Shown here: in pieces, positions 10,013-18,965 of the stretch
How positions within the stretch are numbered: position 1 is the stretch's first letter
How the letters are laid out: each line of letters starts with the position of its first letter
Sequence record: PZ445422.1
Source: a phage
Strand: one strand, 5' to 3'
DNA: 56,589 nucleotides
Made by a program: the position numbers and the translations under genes
The notes under the pieces: generated by a model
What the model saw: only the letters and a program-made list of their open reading frames with translations
The model's database searches: none
What the model was told of the DNA's origin: nothing

Positions 10013-10450
10013 TTAAAGTACCATTGCAATAGCGCGGTTAATTACGTCGTCGGTATAGGGCATCATGCCATTTTCATGACGAATGATTGCTTTCACCAAT
10101 CCTGACATAATTGACTTGTCGAAGACATTAATTGGATCGTTAGGTTGAACACCAATTGCTTTGGCAACAGAGCGAATATACGCTTCCGTATCGTTTTCGT
10201 TAGGCGGTGCCCAGCGAGCGATAATTTCACGTACAGTGTCGATGTTTTTCTTACCCACATTGGGCAAGCCTTCACGTTTGGTGTAGTTTGTCAGGATTTT
10301 CGCTAACGCACGAATGCCGTAAATCGGTTGCGTGAATTGAGCAAAAGATTTATCGGTTCGCTTATCAGCAGGAACTAAGCCCTGCCAATTATCACCCCAG
10401 CGAATATTGCCTGGATTGTTATTACGAATACCACGAGGTTGAAGTGCCAT
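10013..10450 (-). CDS. putative endolysin / cell wall hydrolase (family not assigned)
   Basis: internal ATG at 10450 with GGAGG RBS (preferred over the 235 aa track ORF); 146 aa starting MALQPRGIRNNNPGNIRWGDNWQG; directly upstream of holin. Confidence 0.4.
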   Translation of the reverse strand: MALQPRGIRNNNPGNIRWGDNWQGLVPADKRTDKSFAQFTQPIYGIRALAKILTNYTKREGLPNVGKKNIDTVREIIARWAPPNENDTEAYIRSVAKAIGVQPNDPINVFDKSIMSGLVKAIIRHENGMMPYTDDVINRAIAMVL

Positions 10451-10532
10451 ATCGAGTTCCTCCGCTTGACATGAACCACTCAAGGGTAACAGAGAAACTT
10501 GATACGGCGCAAGGAGAATTGATCTAAGGAGA

Positions 10533-10793
10533 TTACCCGTCAAACCACTCGCTAATGTACCAGCTAACAAGGCTTTTTCCACCTTTATCGACCCCGTAGC
10601 TGGAGTAAAAAGTGAAGTTATCTGGTTCGTGTTGCAGGATAACCATAAAGTCATGCTGAGTGCTGTCAATAATTGCAATGGCGATTTCCTCGTTATCTGT
10701 GATAAAGATTTCGCCACCAATTACAACATGCGTCCCGTGGTCAACTACCTTACTATGATAAGCAGGTGGGATCAGGTGACTGAATGTAGTCAT
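10533..10793 (-). CDS. hypothetical protein
   Basis: 86 aa ORF co-oriented in accessory block. Confidence 0.4.
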   Translation of the reverse strand: MTTFSHLIPPAYHSKVVDHGTHVVIGGEIFITDNEEIAIAIIDSTQHDFMVILQHEPDNFTFYSSYGVDKGGKSLVSWYISEWFDG

Positions 10794-11258
10794 TTAAAAA
10801 CCCTCAAATGATATTGTATCAACTCCCAGGAATGCGCATGTGGTGTGTTTAATTGCCAACTCAATAGCTTCGCTCGCACTTGCACCAGCAGCTAACGCGC
10901 CAGCAGCAAACACACAACCGCTACCCTCAGACCCCCATCCATCCAGCATGGGCTCGCTCAAAGTACCATCATTATAAATAAAATGGCAAGTACCTTCCGG
11001 AGTGACAGCAAGACCGCAAGTTTGCCCGTAATCATCATCTTTACTGTAAAGTTTAATATCAGGGAACTTAACAGGTTCCGCGCTATTAAAATAACGCAAC
11101 ACCTGATCGGTAAATGCTGTAAGGCCGCACAAGCCCAGTAAAAACCGTCCACGATGTCCATTTACGCTATGAACTTTCTTATAAGCAGTCACAGCTTCCC
11201 CGCGCATAACTCCACGGTCCGCAGCTAATACTTTTCCATCGAACGCAATTGTGGTCAT
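10794..11258 (-). CDS. Ntn-hydrolase family protein, HslV/proteasome beta-like
   Basis: N-terminus MTTIAFDGKVLAADRG (Thr directly after Met as in HslV MTTIV...) and GSEGSGCVFAAGALAAG block resembling the HslV GSGG..A..AL region. Confidence 0.45.
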   Translation of the reverse strand: MTTIAFDGKVLAADRGVMRGEAVTAYKKVHSVNGHRGRFLLGLCGLTAFTDQVLRYFNSAEPVKFPDIKLYSKDDDYGQTCGLAVTPEGTCHFIYNDGTLSEPMLDGWGSEGSGCVFAAGALAAGASASEAIELAIKHTTCAFLGVDTISFEGF

Positions 11259-11440
11259 TTAACTTTCCTTTGGTCTTGGATAATAACAATGCATAAAACA
11301 AATAGAATAAGACAGATGCAAAGCCCTGTACTTGCAAAGATTCGGATAACCGTGGAAGGTTGTTCGACTACTGTATAGGTATAAAGCCCAGCGAACATCA
11401 ACGTCGCAAATAAAAACAATCCGGCGTATAGTTTGGTCAT
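11255..11440 (-). CDS. small membrane protein
   Basis: 61 aa, two hydrophobic segments (LFLFATLMFAGLY, LCICLILFVLCIVII). Confidence 0.4.
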   Translation of the reverse strand: MTKLYAGLFLFATLMFAGLYTYTVVEQPSTVIRIFASTGLCICLILFVLCIVIIQDQRKVK

Positions 11441-11502
11441 TGTGTACCCCTCTTATTCGATGGGTACACAATACAATGAAGGGTTATGTGATAGCAAGAA
11501 AA

Positions 11503-11928
11503 TTAATAAGGCAGGATTTCAACGTCTTTGACCCAAGTATGAATGATAAAAGCTCCAGGCTCTTCAGGATCTTGATCCGGACCAACATAGAACTTTTTAC
11601 CTTCCCATCCTTTAATTGGATCATGCACAATAAACTTGTGATCCGTCATATCAATCACAATCTGGTGCAATGCGCCAGGAATATTAAGACTTGGCACCGT
11701 GCATAGGAACAAACCTCCCATATGCAAAGTTTCACGCCCACCACCTTCTGAACAATGATGCTGGACGCCGTTTTTAGTCAAATATTCGCTGATAGTGATT
11801 TCCCAGTTGTTATAATAACGACTATGAAATTCCTCAATGACCTTCTCAACAGGTTTATTAAGGATCATTGCCAAACACGCAGAAACGCATGTATTTAAAG
11901 TTGGCTGTTTGACAAAATTTACTGACAT
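11503..11928 (-). CDS. papain-like cysteine peptidase candidate (C39-like motif)
   Basis: QPTLNTCVSACLAMIL resembles the C39 catalytic-Cys block (Q....DCG.ACL.MI); downstream His-containing KFIVHDP. Confidence 0.35.
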   Translation of the reverse strand: MSVNFVKQPTLNTCVSACLAMILNKPVEKVIEEFHSRYYNNWEITISEYLTKNGVQHHCSEGGGRETLHMGGLFLCTVPSLNIPGALHQIVIDMTDHKFIVHDPIKGWEGKKFYVGPDQDPEEPGAFIIHTWVKDVEILPY

Positions 11929-11929
11929 T

Positions 11930-12400
11930 TTATGCCTCGTATATGACTTCCGGCTCGTTATTATAAGGACGCAGCAGCAAACGCGCTACCAGCGCCGTAC
12001 GCTCGCTTAACCCTTGCGGATGTACAAACCCAACGAACTGGTAATGACAGCCGCGCAGGTGGTGCAAGCTCTTAGCACAATGACACGCTTCCAAACGCAG
12101 TGTCTCACCCGACTGCCATTTAACCACAATAGTAGAGCTCGCGGTCATGTTAATTTCTACATCACCAATATCAATTTGAAGATATAATAAATCCTCAAGA
12201 ATATTGCGGACGTAAACGAGGATCTGTGATGTGGGCATAACAATAAGCCCGTTCCAGTCTTTCCCGCGCCCCAGTCCACAATAACGCACAAAATTACAGA
12301 CCAACTGAGTCTCTGTAACCTGTTTTACTTCAAATGACTTCTTCAGTTGGCAGTCTTTGGATTCGTCCATTGCATCAACAATAGTTTTAACGTCAGCCAT
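11930..12400 (-). CDS. hypothetical protein
   Basis: 156 aa ORF abutting neighbours. Confidence 0.45.
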   Translation of the reverse strand: MADVKTIVDAMDESKDCQLKKSFEVKQVTETQLVCNFVRYCGLGRGKDWNGLIVMPTSQILVYVRNILEDLLYLQIDIGDVEINMTASSTIVVKWQSGETLRLEACHCAKSLHHLRGCHYQFVGFVHPQGLSERTALVARLLLRPYNNEPEVIYEA

Positions 12401-12403
12401 TAT

Positions 12404-12796
12404 TTACTCCGCTAATGTGTAAGGGATACCGGATGCTTTAATCCGTCTGTACATATCCATAGTACCAGCTCCGCCAGGAAACACAATAGCGTGATCTGGT
12501 TTAGGATCAGTATCCAGCATTAATTGGTTGCGGTAAGCGCCTGCTTGTGCATTATAAGCACCCTTGGCGTTATACCGTATCTTGGTATTTGGTAAGGAAA
12601 GATTGTCCCACGGGGCTGGGAACGCTTCTGTCTTAATACCGTTGCGCTCTGCCCAATGTGCGCAAATCCGGTCAACACCGTCAGCGTCACCGTGGCGAAG
12701 TGTGGTTATCCTTCTTTGCATATGCAGCTTATCCAATTGAGCGTAAATATACTCCACATGCTTAAAATCTCGACCTCCGGTGACGACTAATAGCAT
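12404..12796 (-). CDS. SLOG-family (DUF2493/YspA-like) nucleotide-binding protein
   Basis: MLLVVTGGRDF...HGDADGVDRICAHWA...AIVFPGGAGTMDMY matches the Rossmann-like SLOG pattern (GGR, GxDxxA, GGxGT). Confidence 0.5.
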   Translation of the reverse strand: MLLVVTGGRDFKHVEYIYAQLDKLHMQRRITTLRHGDADGVDRICAHWAERNGIKTEAFPAPWDNLSLPNTKIRYNAKGAYNAQAGAYRNQLMLDTDPKPDHAIVFPGGAGTMDMYRRIKASGIPYTLAE

Positions 12797-12859
12797 TATT
12801 TCTTCTCCAATGGTTTCAACATTTCGTCAATAAAGCCTTTCCAATATTTGATATTTTCT

Positions 12860-13414
12860 TCAATCACCAATAACCTCCTTAAAACGGTTATACAAATCAC
12901 GATAGAACAAAGGACCATATTTATTACGACGCAGGAAGTCCTTTGCTACAGCTTCCAGAGCTTCGCAGCGATCACGCAACTCTTGAGCCTTCTTCTCGGT
13001 ATGCACCCACACCTCTTCGCTGCTCACACCAGGCGGATTCATTGCACCAACAATTTGACGCAAACGAATATAAGAATCGGATAGAGCGCGCTCAGCAGCA
13101 CGCATGTTGACAAGATCCGTCTCAGCATTTTCTGCACGTTCTTCCTGAGCACGCCATTCAGCTTCTAGCTGGTCAATGCGCATGTCACGATAGCCCAGCT
13201 CCGCAGCAATATCACCTTTGCTGTGCAAACCTTCGGATGTCATTGCCATAACATGGCGGGAGTAATAACCTCCAGCTTGATCCAGCTCCCAAGCATCACG
13301 CTCACGATATAAACAATCGCACTCCACCAGAATAGGATCACCCCACGGTTGAACTCCACCACTATCAACCATTCCCGTTCCGTTACATTTTTGACAGATC
13401 ATTATTATCTCCAC
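12860..13414 (-). CDS. hypothetical protein with N-terminal zinc-ribbon-like Cys cluster
   Basis: CQKCNGTG ... CDC near N-terminus; charged helical C-terminus. Confidence 0.45.
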   Translation of the reverse strand: MEIIMICQKCNGTGMVDSGGVQPWGDPILVECDCLYRERDAWELDQAGGYYSRHVMAMTSEGLHSKGDIAAELGYRDMRIDQLEAEWRAQEERAENAETDLVNMRAAERALSDSYIRLRQIVGAMNPPGVSSEEVWVHTEKKAQELRDRCEALEAVAKDFLRRNKYGPLFYRDLYNRFKEVIGD

Positions 13415-13629
13415 CTGTTACGGTCATTGCATTTATATTCATACTCAGTAATAACCTGAGGATACATTGACATAACATTACCTTTTGCATCGTAAATATA
13501 TTGCCAAATAATATCATCCCGGCTGTTACCAGTACGTTGGCAGTTTTGCCGCTCCATTTCTTTAGAGTCTACAATTGCAAATACAACGAAAGCGGCAAGT
13601 ATAACGCCTAACACCATGAGTAAGCGCAT
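13405..13629 (-). CDS. small membrane protein
   Basis: 74 aa, N-terminal TM (LLMVLGVILAAFVVFAIV). Confidence 0.4.
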   Translation of the reverse strand: MRLLMVLGVILAAFVVFAIVDSKEMERQNCQRTGNSRDDIIWQYIYDAKGNVMSMYPQVITEYEYKCNDRNRWR

Positions 13630-13705
13630 AAACTATCCCATCATTAAATCTAACTTAGCTATAAGGAATAAAGCAACAGCAAAAGCTATTATAAATGTCG
13701 TAACT

Positions 13706-14002
13706 TCAGCCGCGGACATCTTTAATCTCCTTCAACGTATCGCGCCAGTCCGCACCTTCAATGTCAACTTCGCCGCAGTAGCGAACATGCAAACCGTATA
13801 CGCCAAGCATCCATTGCTTACCAGATTCATAGCAAGAAGGTTTGGCGTCATAACAATGTACTTTACCGTCTGCGTCTACAGCGATAAAGTTAGCCCAGGG
13901 CTCAACAGGGACAGCAGACCCGTAATAGTCGGTAAATACTTGCGTCTCCTTGTTAACGGAAGGAATCGCGTGTCCAGTTTCGTCCATTCCTAAATACAGC
14001 AT
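13706..14002 (-). CDS. hypothetical protein
   Basis: 98 aa ORF; hairpin gggctc/gagccc just upstream (14024..14040). Confidence 0.45.
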   Translation of the reverse strand: MLYLGMDETGHAIPSVNKETQVFTDYYGSAVPVEPWANFIAVDADGKVHCYDAKPSCYESGKQWMLGVYGLHVRYCGEVDIEGADWRDTLKEIKDVRG

Positions 14003-14158
14003 AACAACCTCCAGATAATTAAGGGCTCCTTAGAGCCCATTATAGATTGATAATTACACTTCCTCCAGGAAATTGGCGCCTACAAGACCAGTATAACTGA
14101 TTTCGTAAGCATCCTCTTCTTCATCGTATTTATCGCTACCCTGGCTAACAATTACAGT

Positions 14159-14338
14159 ATGGTTCCACTGCCCGAAAAGCTATGCAAATCAAACACCACC
14201 TTATTAACAGTGACAATAGAACCAGCTTTCAGTTCCTGGAACTCCGTACCATCGCCCGGAGTATACCCAACACCGCCAATATCGGTCAGTAAACGATACT
14301 CTTTACCTTCAACAATCTCTTCTACACGCATTCTTCCT
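14159..14338 (-). CDS. small hypothetical protein (about 59 aa, below ORF-track cutoff)
   Basis: own translation of minus strand: MRVEEIVEGKEYRLLTDIGGVGYTPGDGTEF...; fills the gap between neighbouring co-oriented genes. Confidence 0.3.
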
Positions 14339-14573
14339 GCTCCTCTACATATTTAGTGACACATTTTTGAAAATTAAGAACGATATTTTTCTCTTTTACG
14401 GAATGAAATTTAACACGTTCTGGACAGATAATCCAGCCTTCAAAACGTTGAGTAGCGTCATTCCATGCTGCCCGACCATAATACCCGCGATAGGGGCCTA
14501 ATCGCATTGCATTTACCTCTGTAACCACATTGCTGGAGGTGCTGGGTGTAGCGCTTGCACTGGTGTCGCACAT
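14322..14573 (-). CDS. hypothetical protein
   Basis: 83 aa; strong AGGAGG RBS upstream of ATG at 14573. Confidence 0.5.
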   Translation of the reverse strand: MCDTSASATPSTSSNVVTEVNAMRLGPYRGYYGRAAWNDATQRFEGWIICPERVKFHSVKEKNIVLNFQKCVTKYVEEQEECV

Positions 14574-15281
14574 AAATACCTCCTTGATGCTCTAAAAAAC
14601 AGGTGTGAATTGATAGAAATTGGTTGCATCCGCTTAAAGATGATAGCTATGGAGCAGCTACAAGACGAATTATACGTTGACGACTCAGAATTTACTACCA
14701 AAATCCATATATTTAGAAAGGATGAGCGCAATATATTCAAAAAGAAGGTAGGTGGGGTCATGGATGTAGGTGGATAGGAATGTGACAGGTGAGATTTAGA
14801 CAAGGACTTACTATCAGGATAGATAAGGCGCCCTCGGGTGATTATTAGTACCCTGATGATCCTAGGTGGGGTCTATGAGTCGGCTCATTGGACCGGTCTA
14901 TGACTGCAAGATCTGTTATTCTTCCAGACGAATCTATTTCATTCGTTATTATATTAATGTATATCGTGAGCTGGCTATGTATGTGGCGTGCATATAGCAG
15001 AGCAGGCCGTACGAGTTAACGTACAGCCTGTGAGTGTTGAAATTAGCGCCGCTTTGTGGGGTACAGCGTGCTCGTTGTGTGTTGGTAATGCATTACCATT
15101 ACCTTTGAGCTTTAGCTCGCTGTGGTGCTGCTGTGTGCGTTATCCTTGCGAGCGTATGTCCGCATATATGCTTTTACCGCGCATCATGGCACTATGCCAG
15201 CCATGAACTGCATATTCTGCGCGCATTGCTGCAATTAATAACGCGTGCTGTGCGCGTGTAAGCGTGTATTTGCGTGACATA

Positions 15282-15467
15282 TTAGTACACCTCTACCAGT
15301 TCGATAATGGCTGCAAAATCGGCGATTCCAATCTGCATCTCTGCGCGAACGAAACCTTCTGCAGCTACACGGTTCGGAGCTGTAACGTCTCCGATATATT
15401 CGCCATAGTACATAACTTTAAATGTTCTGTTGCTATTATTTACAGACTTTACAGTGTTCGTAGACAT
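15282..15467 (-). CDS. hypothetical small protein
   Basis: ATG at 15467 with GAGGTG RBS (internal start of track ORF 15282..15482). Confidence 0.4.
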   Translation of the reverse strand: MSTNTVKSVNNSNRTFKVMYYGEYIGDVTAPNRVAAEGFVRAEMQIGIADFAAIIELVEVY

Positions 15468-15535
15468 AATACACCTCGTCATAATTAGTTAGCTTATTAA
15501 TGGGCACTGTAATAATGCCCATTGTATAAACAAAC

Positions 15536-15799
15536 TCAGATCTTACCTTCCTGCATAAGCCCTTCAACACGGGACATTTGATAGCGAGCAGGTTTCCAGG
15601 CTGCCAGAGCTTTCTCGGCACCTTTTAAAGTTTTATACGCTTTAATGCCCGGGACAATAGTGCTGCTTACCCCTGCGCCGTTGCCGTAATCAACCTCTTT
15701 AACAACACGGTATAAACCGTCGATTTGTTTTACTAACATACGTTTGAATGCAATAGCGCCAGTAGCTTCGTTTTTATAACGTTCCAGAATGCGAATCAT
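15536..15799 (-). CDS. hypothetical protein
   Basis: 87 aa; GGAGGTG RBS before ATG at 15799. Confidence 0.5.
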   Translation of the reverse strand: MIRILERYKNEATGAIAFKRMLVKQIDGLYRVVKEVDYGNGAGVSSTIVPGIKAYKTLKGAEKALAAWKPARYQMSRVEGLMQEGKI

Positions 15800-15825
15800 T
15801 TTGCACCTCCTGTAAGTTGATTATC

Positions 15826-16029
15826 TTATTTAAATTCAAAGACGGCAATAGTTTTCATTGTATCCGAACTATAGATGTAGATATTTCCGCGGTCTTCTAC
15901 TACTGCACGCCATTCCTCTTCACCTTTAATAATGCAACGAGTTTTAAGATCCATTTTATACTCTGCACCTTCTACGAAACCGAAATTATTGTTTGCAACC
16001 ATTACACAGATAACGTTACGAATAGACAT
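15826..16029 (-). CDS. hypothetical protein
   Basis: 67 aa; AAAGGGG RBS before ATG; first gene of the minus-strand block at the divergent region. Confidence 0.45.
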   Translation of the reverse strand: MSIRNVICVMVANNNFGFVEGAEYKMDLKTRCIIKGEEEWRAVVEDRGNIYIYSSDTMKTIAVFEFK

Positions 16030-16176
16030 GATGTAGACCCCTTTAAGTTAATTTGTAGTACCGTTGCGGTATGTGTATATAGTAGGGTTAGATTGATCAT
16101 ATGTCTACACCTTTTTGCATCTTTTTATAAAAATATTTTGGACCAGCTTACAGGACGACCGGAGACGGTTGAGCGC

Positions 16177-16289
16177 CCCTGGTATTTCCGGCGCCCACAT
16201 AGTACCGATCCTACCTGGTATTTTCGATACAGGGAGCTGGCCCCACCTGGTAGATTCTACACATACGCGGAACCGGATGCCCCTGGTAG
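16177..16289. repeat. four phased copies of CC(C/A)CCTGGTA(T/G) in divergent intergenic region
   Basis: copies starting about 16177, 16212, 16243, 16280 (spacing 33-36 bp) in a GC-rich segment with no credible ORF. Confidence 0.5.
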
Positions 16290-16506
16290 ATCCGACGCCG
16301 CCTTATATGTATGCATGCACGCGTGTAGACCGGATCGTGTGATATTAGTTATGCCATTGGTGCTAATATGCAATGCAAGCATGATTTTCACTAGACGCAA
16401 AATAATTCTAAAATAGCACTTTTGGCCTATTCAATATCACGATGCATCGCTATTATGTACCCATAGCAACACGGTACTACTTCTTAACCACACTTGGAGG
16501 CGCGTT

Positions 16507-16674
16507 ATGTCCAGCTCATACTTCACTATTATGTACTTCGGTCGCAGCTATTGCATCGATAACAAATATCGCCACCTTACCCGCGCTCAGCTGGAGTGGG
16601 CCATCAGCTTATATAAGCAGGAAGAATTCTATTTCCTCGAAGCTGCACTGGATTATGTAAGCGAAAATAGTTGA
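16507..16674 (+). CDS. small hypothetical protein (55 aa)
   Basis: own translation MSSSYFTIMYFGRSYCIDNKYRHLTRAQLEWAISLYKQEEFYFLEAALDYVSENS; GGAGG RBS 7 nt upstream of ATG; first plus-strand gene. Confidence 0.4.
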   Translation: MSSSYFTIMYFGRSYCIDNKYRHLTRAQLEWAISLYKQEEFYFLEAALDYVSENS

Positions 16675-16700
16675 TTTATATCTTGCCTAGTTGATCTGAC

Positions 16701-16725
16701 TGGGCAATAATAAGTCAACTTAAAC
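16701..16725 (+). promoter_or_regulatory. conserved upstream motif TGGGCAATAATAAGTCAACT (copy 1), promoter candidate
   Basis: near-identical 20-mer also at 17021..17043; each lies about 42-44 nt before an early-gene ATG. Confidence 0.3.
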
Positions 16726-16742
16726 AAAACGAGGATTACATC

Positions 16743-16991
16743 ATGGCTACTTCTATCGTCACCAAATTTTTGGCACCAACTAACACCAAAGGCGCACGCA
16801 TTGCAGTTAAAGGTTTTGGCAAGCGCAAAGTCTATAGCTGGGACTATGCTATCGACGTAACGCTTAACCATAAAGCAGCGGTACAGCAGTTCCTCAAAGC
16901 GTTTAACGCCGAGAACGACACCGACTATGACATCGTTGCTTTCGCAAGCATGGATATCGCAACCGCCGATTTCGTAGCAATCGCGCAATAA
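16743..16991 (+). CDS. hypothetical early protein
   Basis: 82 aa; GAGGA RBS; preceded by conserved motif. Confidence 0.5.
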   Translation: MATSIVTKFLAPTNTKGARIAVKGFGKRKVYSWDYAIDVTLNHKAAVQQFLKAFNAENDTDYDIVAFASMDIATADFVAIAQ

Positions 16992-17020
16992 GTTTTCTTA
17001 TACACTGCTCATCATTACGG

Positions 17021-17043
17021 TGGGCAGTAATAAGCAAACTAAC
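17021..17043 (+). promoter_or_regulatory. conserved upstream motif TGGGCAGTAATAAGCAAACT (copy 2), promoter candidate
   Basis: matches motif at 16701..16725; upstream of ATG at 17065. Confidence 0.3.
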
Positions 17044-17064
17044 ATTAACGAAAGGAGCTATACC

Positions 17065-17679
17065 ATGTCTAAAGTAACTCACCGCGAACAGGACAAAATG
17101 CGTTACACCATGAAAACGAATGCACGCCGCGCCCTGAAAACTCGCTGGGGCCAGGTTGCACGCGACGCACACGAACAGTTAATCCATCAGGACGACATCG
17201 GTTTTTACATCGTCGAGAAGGAAGTCCTTCAGGTGCTGCGCGATCACGAAAAAGCTCAGAAGCCGGAGCAGAAAGTCCCAGCACCGACCGCCGCGCCAGC
17301 CGCCAGCGTCTCGGTACTGCGCCCGATGGTAAATCCGGAAATCGTCAAAAGCTGCCTCGAAGCTTTGGAGCAGGAGGAAGAGAAAGATATGAAACACGCA
17401 AAAGCTGCCACGCAGGTTTCTGAAATCAAAATTGAAGAGCCAAAAGCTGCCGCGCCAAAACAGGATGCAAAAGCTGCTCGCTGTGATTTCAAAAATGGCG
17501 CTCGCAAGCCGCTGAAAGGAAAAACCGCCGAAGTGTGGGCAATGGGCGACAAACTTTTATCCGAACTGGGTCGCACTCCGGAGCTGAAAGAAATGAAAGC
17601 TGCAATGCCTTCTTACAACGGGACAACAGTCGCCATTCAGTTCTACGCATGGCGCAAATACAACGGACTGGACGCATAA
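17065..17679 (+). CDS. hypothetical early protein
   Basis: ATG at 17065 with AAAGGAG RBS (internal start of track ORF 17020..17679); 204 aa, charged. Confidence 0.5.
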   Translation: MSKVTHREQDKMRYTMKTNARRALKTRWGQVARDAHEQLIHQDDIGFYIVEKEVLQVLRDHEKAQKPEQKVPAPTAAPAASVSVLRPMVNPEIVKSCLEALEQEEEKDMKHAKAATQVSEIKIEEPKAAAPKQDAKAARCDFKNGARKPLKGKTAEVWAMGDKLLSELGRTPELKEMKAAMPSYNGTTVAIQFYAWRKYNGLDA

Positions 17680-17731
17680 TCTATAACCACATCAACCGAC
17701 GGGCTTCTGCGGGAGCCCTAAGGATAAGAAG

Positions 17732-17908
17732 ATGCAATTAGATAGTTTCGCAACTCAATACTTAAAAGACCTTCAACTCCGTGTAAATGAAGCTCGCGCC
17801 AAAGAAGGCCTTAAACCTCTAAACCAGTCCCAGCTTGTTGGCGAATTAATCGAGCAAGCTGCCACTCAGTCAACATTATTCGTCGGCTCTGTGTTCGTAA
17901 GGAAATAA
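17732..17908 (+). CDS. small hypothetical protein (58 aa)
   Basis: own translation MQLDSFATQYLKDLQLRVNEARAKEGLKPLNQSQLVGELIEQAATQS...; AAGGA RBS; fills gap between flanking genes. Confidence 0.35.
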   Translation: MQLDSFATQYLKDLQLRVNEARAKEGLKPLNQSQLVGELIEQAATQSTLFVGSVFVRK

Positions 17909-17910
17909 AT

Positions 17911-18237
17911 ATGAAAAAGTTCATCCGCTCTTACACTGACATCAGAGGTCTACGTAAAGGAACGGTTTATGAAGTTGCCGACTTCGGAAATAAAATATTG
18001 GTCCCTTATTACAATAAAGACGAAAAGCCGGTTCCAATGACCAGCGTCTGCTTCACCCGCCTTATGCAGGACAAGTTCCTTGCAGAAGTGCAACCGATGC
18101 GCAAAGAAGGCACATCCGAGATCTGGTTTGTACACCGCCAGGAACCGGATAGTATTTGGTCCGAATGGGTAAGCGAAAAACTGTCGGGTATTATGTCCGA
18201 CGATACGCTAGCCCACTTCACACCTGTACAACTCTAA
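17911..18237 (+). CDS. hypothetical early protein
   Basis: 108 aa; start overlaps previous stop region; followed by hairpin ccgggccag/ctggtccgg. Confidence 0.5.
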   Translation: MKKFIRSYTDIRGLRKGTVYEVADFGNKILVPYYNKDEKPVPMTSVCFTRLMQDKFLAEVQPMRKEGTSEIWFVHRQEPDSIWSEWVSEKLSGIMSDDTLAHFTPVQL

Positions 18238-18360
18238 ACTACTTCCGGGCCAGCCCTCCTACTGGTCCGGTTAACCGCGCAATAAAGTCCTCCTCCAATA
18301 TCCCGCGATTAAGCGCATTATAGCTTGATATACCTTCCGATCACAATAGTTCAATAATTT

Positions 18361-18720
18361 ATTCCATTATTCCAATTATTCCGGAATCTGGAATAATACT
18401 GTATATCCATACACCATATTCCATTAACAATCCTGTCACGATTTGTATTCTTTCACTTTTTGTGAGTTTTGGGACTTTTTAACAATGACCCAAAAACATT
18501 CAAATAATACCAATAGGTACTATATACATTACTAATAAATCCTTATTTTATATATATTTATGGTATTACTTATTAACTTTTAGTTTCTATCCGTTTTTAG
18601 TCTGTTGACTGAAAGTTTTAGGTTTTTGCGCTCTGGAGTACCGATTCCATTATTCTATCAAGTAGGAATAATTTATTCCACTTCCATCATTTGGATTTCT
18701 ACCCATTCCATTCACTATTC
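18361..18720. repeat. AT-rich region with multiple direct and inverted TTCCATTATTCC / GGAATAAT elements
   Basis: copies near 18361, 18375-18397 (inverted pair ttattccggaat...ggaataat), 18415, 18645, 18663, 18705; no credible ORF. Confidence 0.5.
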
Positions 18721-18867
18721 ATTTAGTATCTATCTTATTGATTTATATACGTTTTTTACTAACAGTCGGGATTAGGGTATTAGGGTAAAAAATGCGTTTT
18801 ACCCCAAAACGCAAAAACTTACTGCACCAACTTATTGTTTTTATTAAAGTTTTTAGCAACAGTGGCA

Positions 18868-18965
18868 CCACAAAACTTCGCAAAACTTTGCAAAACTCAC
18901 AAAACTTTCCGTCACATTGTGCAAACTGTGGAGCACCAACTATTCCTACCCAAAACTTTCCATTA
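18868..18965. repeat. tandem 9-10 bp iterons CAAAACTT (4 contiguous copies plus one downstream)
   Basis: ccacaaaacttcgcaaaactttgcaaaactcacaaaactttcc then cccaaaactttcc; helical-phase spacing. Confidence 0.5.

Noticed and set aside
10013-10720. Full 235 aa track ORF as the endolysin
   Set aside because: The first 90 codons are hydrophobic with no RBS; an internal ATG at 10450 has a GGAGG RBS at correct spacing, so the shorter 146 aa product is preferred
10794-11258. Possibility that the Ntn-hydrolase-like ORF is the glutamine amidotransferase half of a Gat-QueC system
   Set aside because: Nucleophile position is Thr (HslV/proteasome-like), not Cys; the gene is far from the que cluster and on the opposite strand
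14574-15281. tRNA genes in the long non-coding gaps (also checked 23156..23466 and 18240..19066)
   Set aside because: No T-loop-like GGTTCGAAT or cloverleaf-compatible segments spotted by eye; cannot exclude without a tRNA scanner
15817-16416. 199 aa plus-strand ORF spanning the divergent intergenic region
   Set aside because: No RBS, runs through the CCTGGTA repeat array and overlaps an RBS-supported minus-strand gene; likely an open frame by chance
18868-18965. Possible CRISPR array (short tandem repeats)
   Set aside because: Repeat unit is only 8-9 bp with 1-2 bp spacers, far shorter than CRISPR repeats and spacers; better explained as iterons
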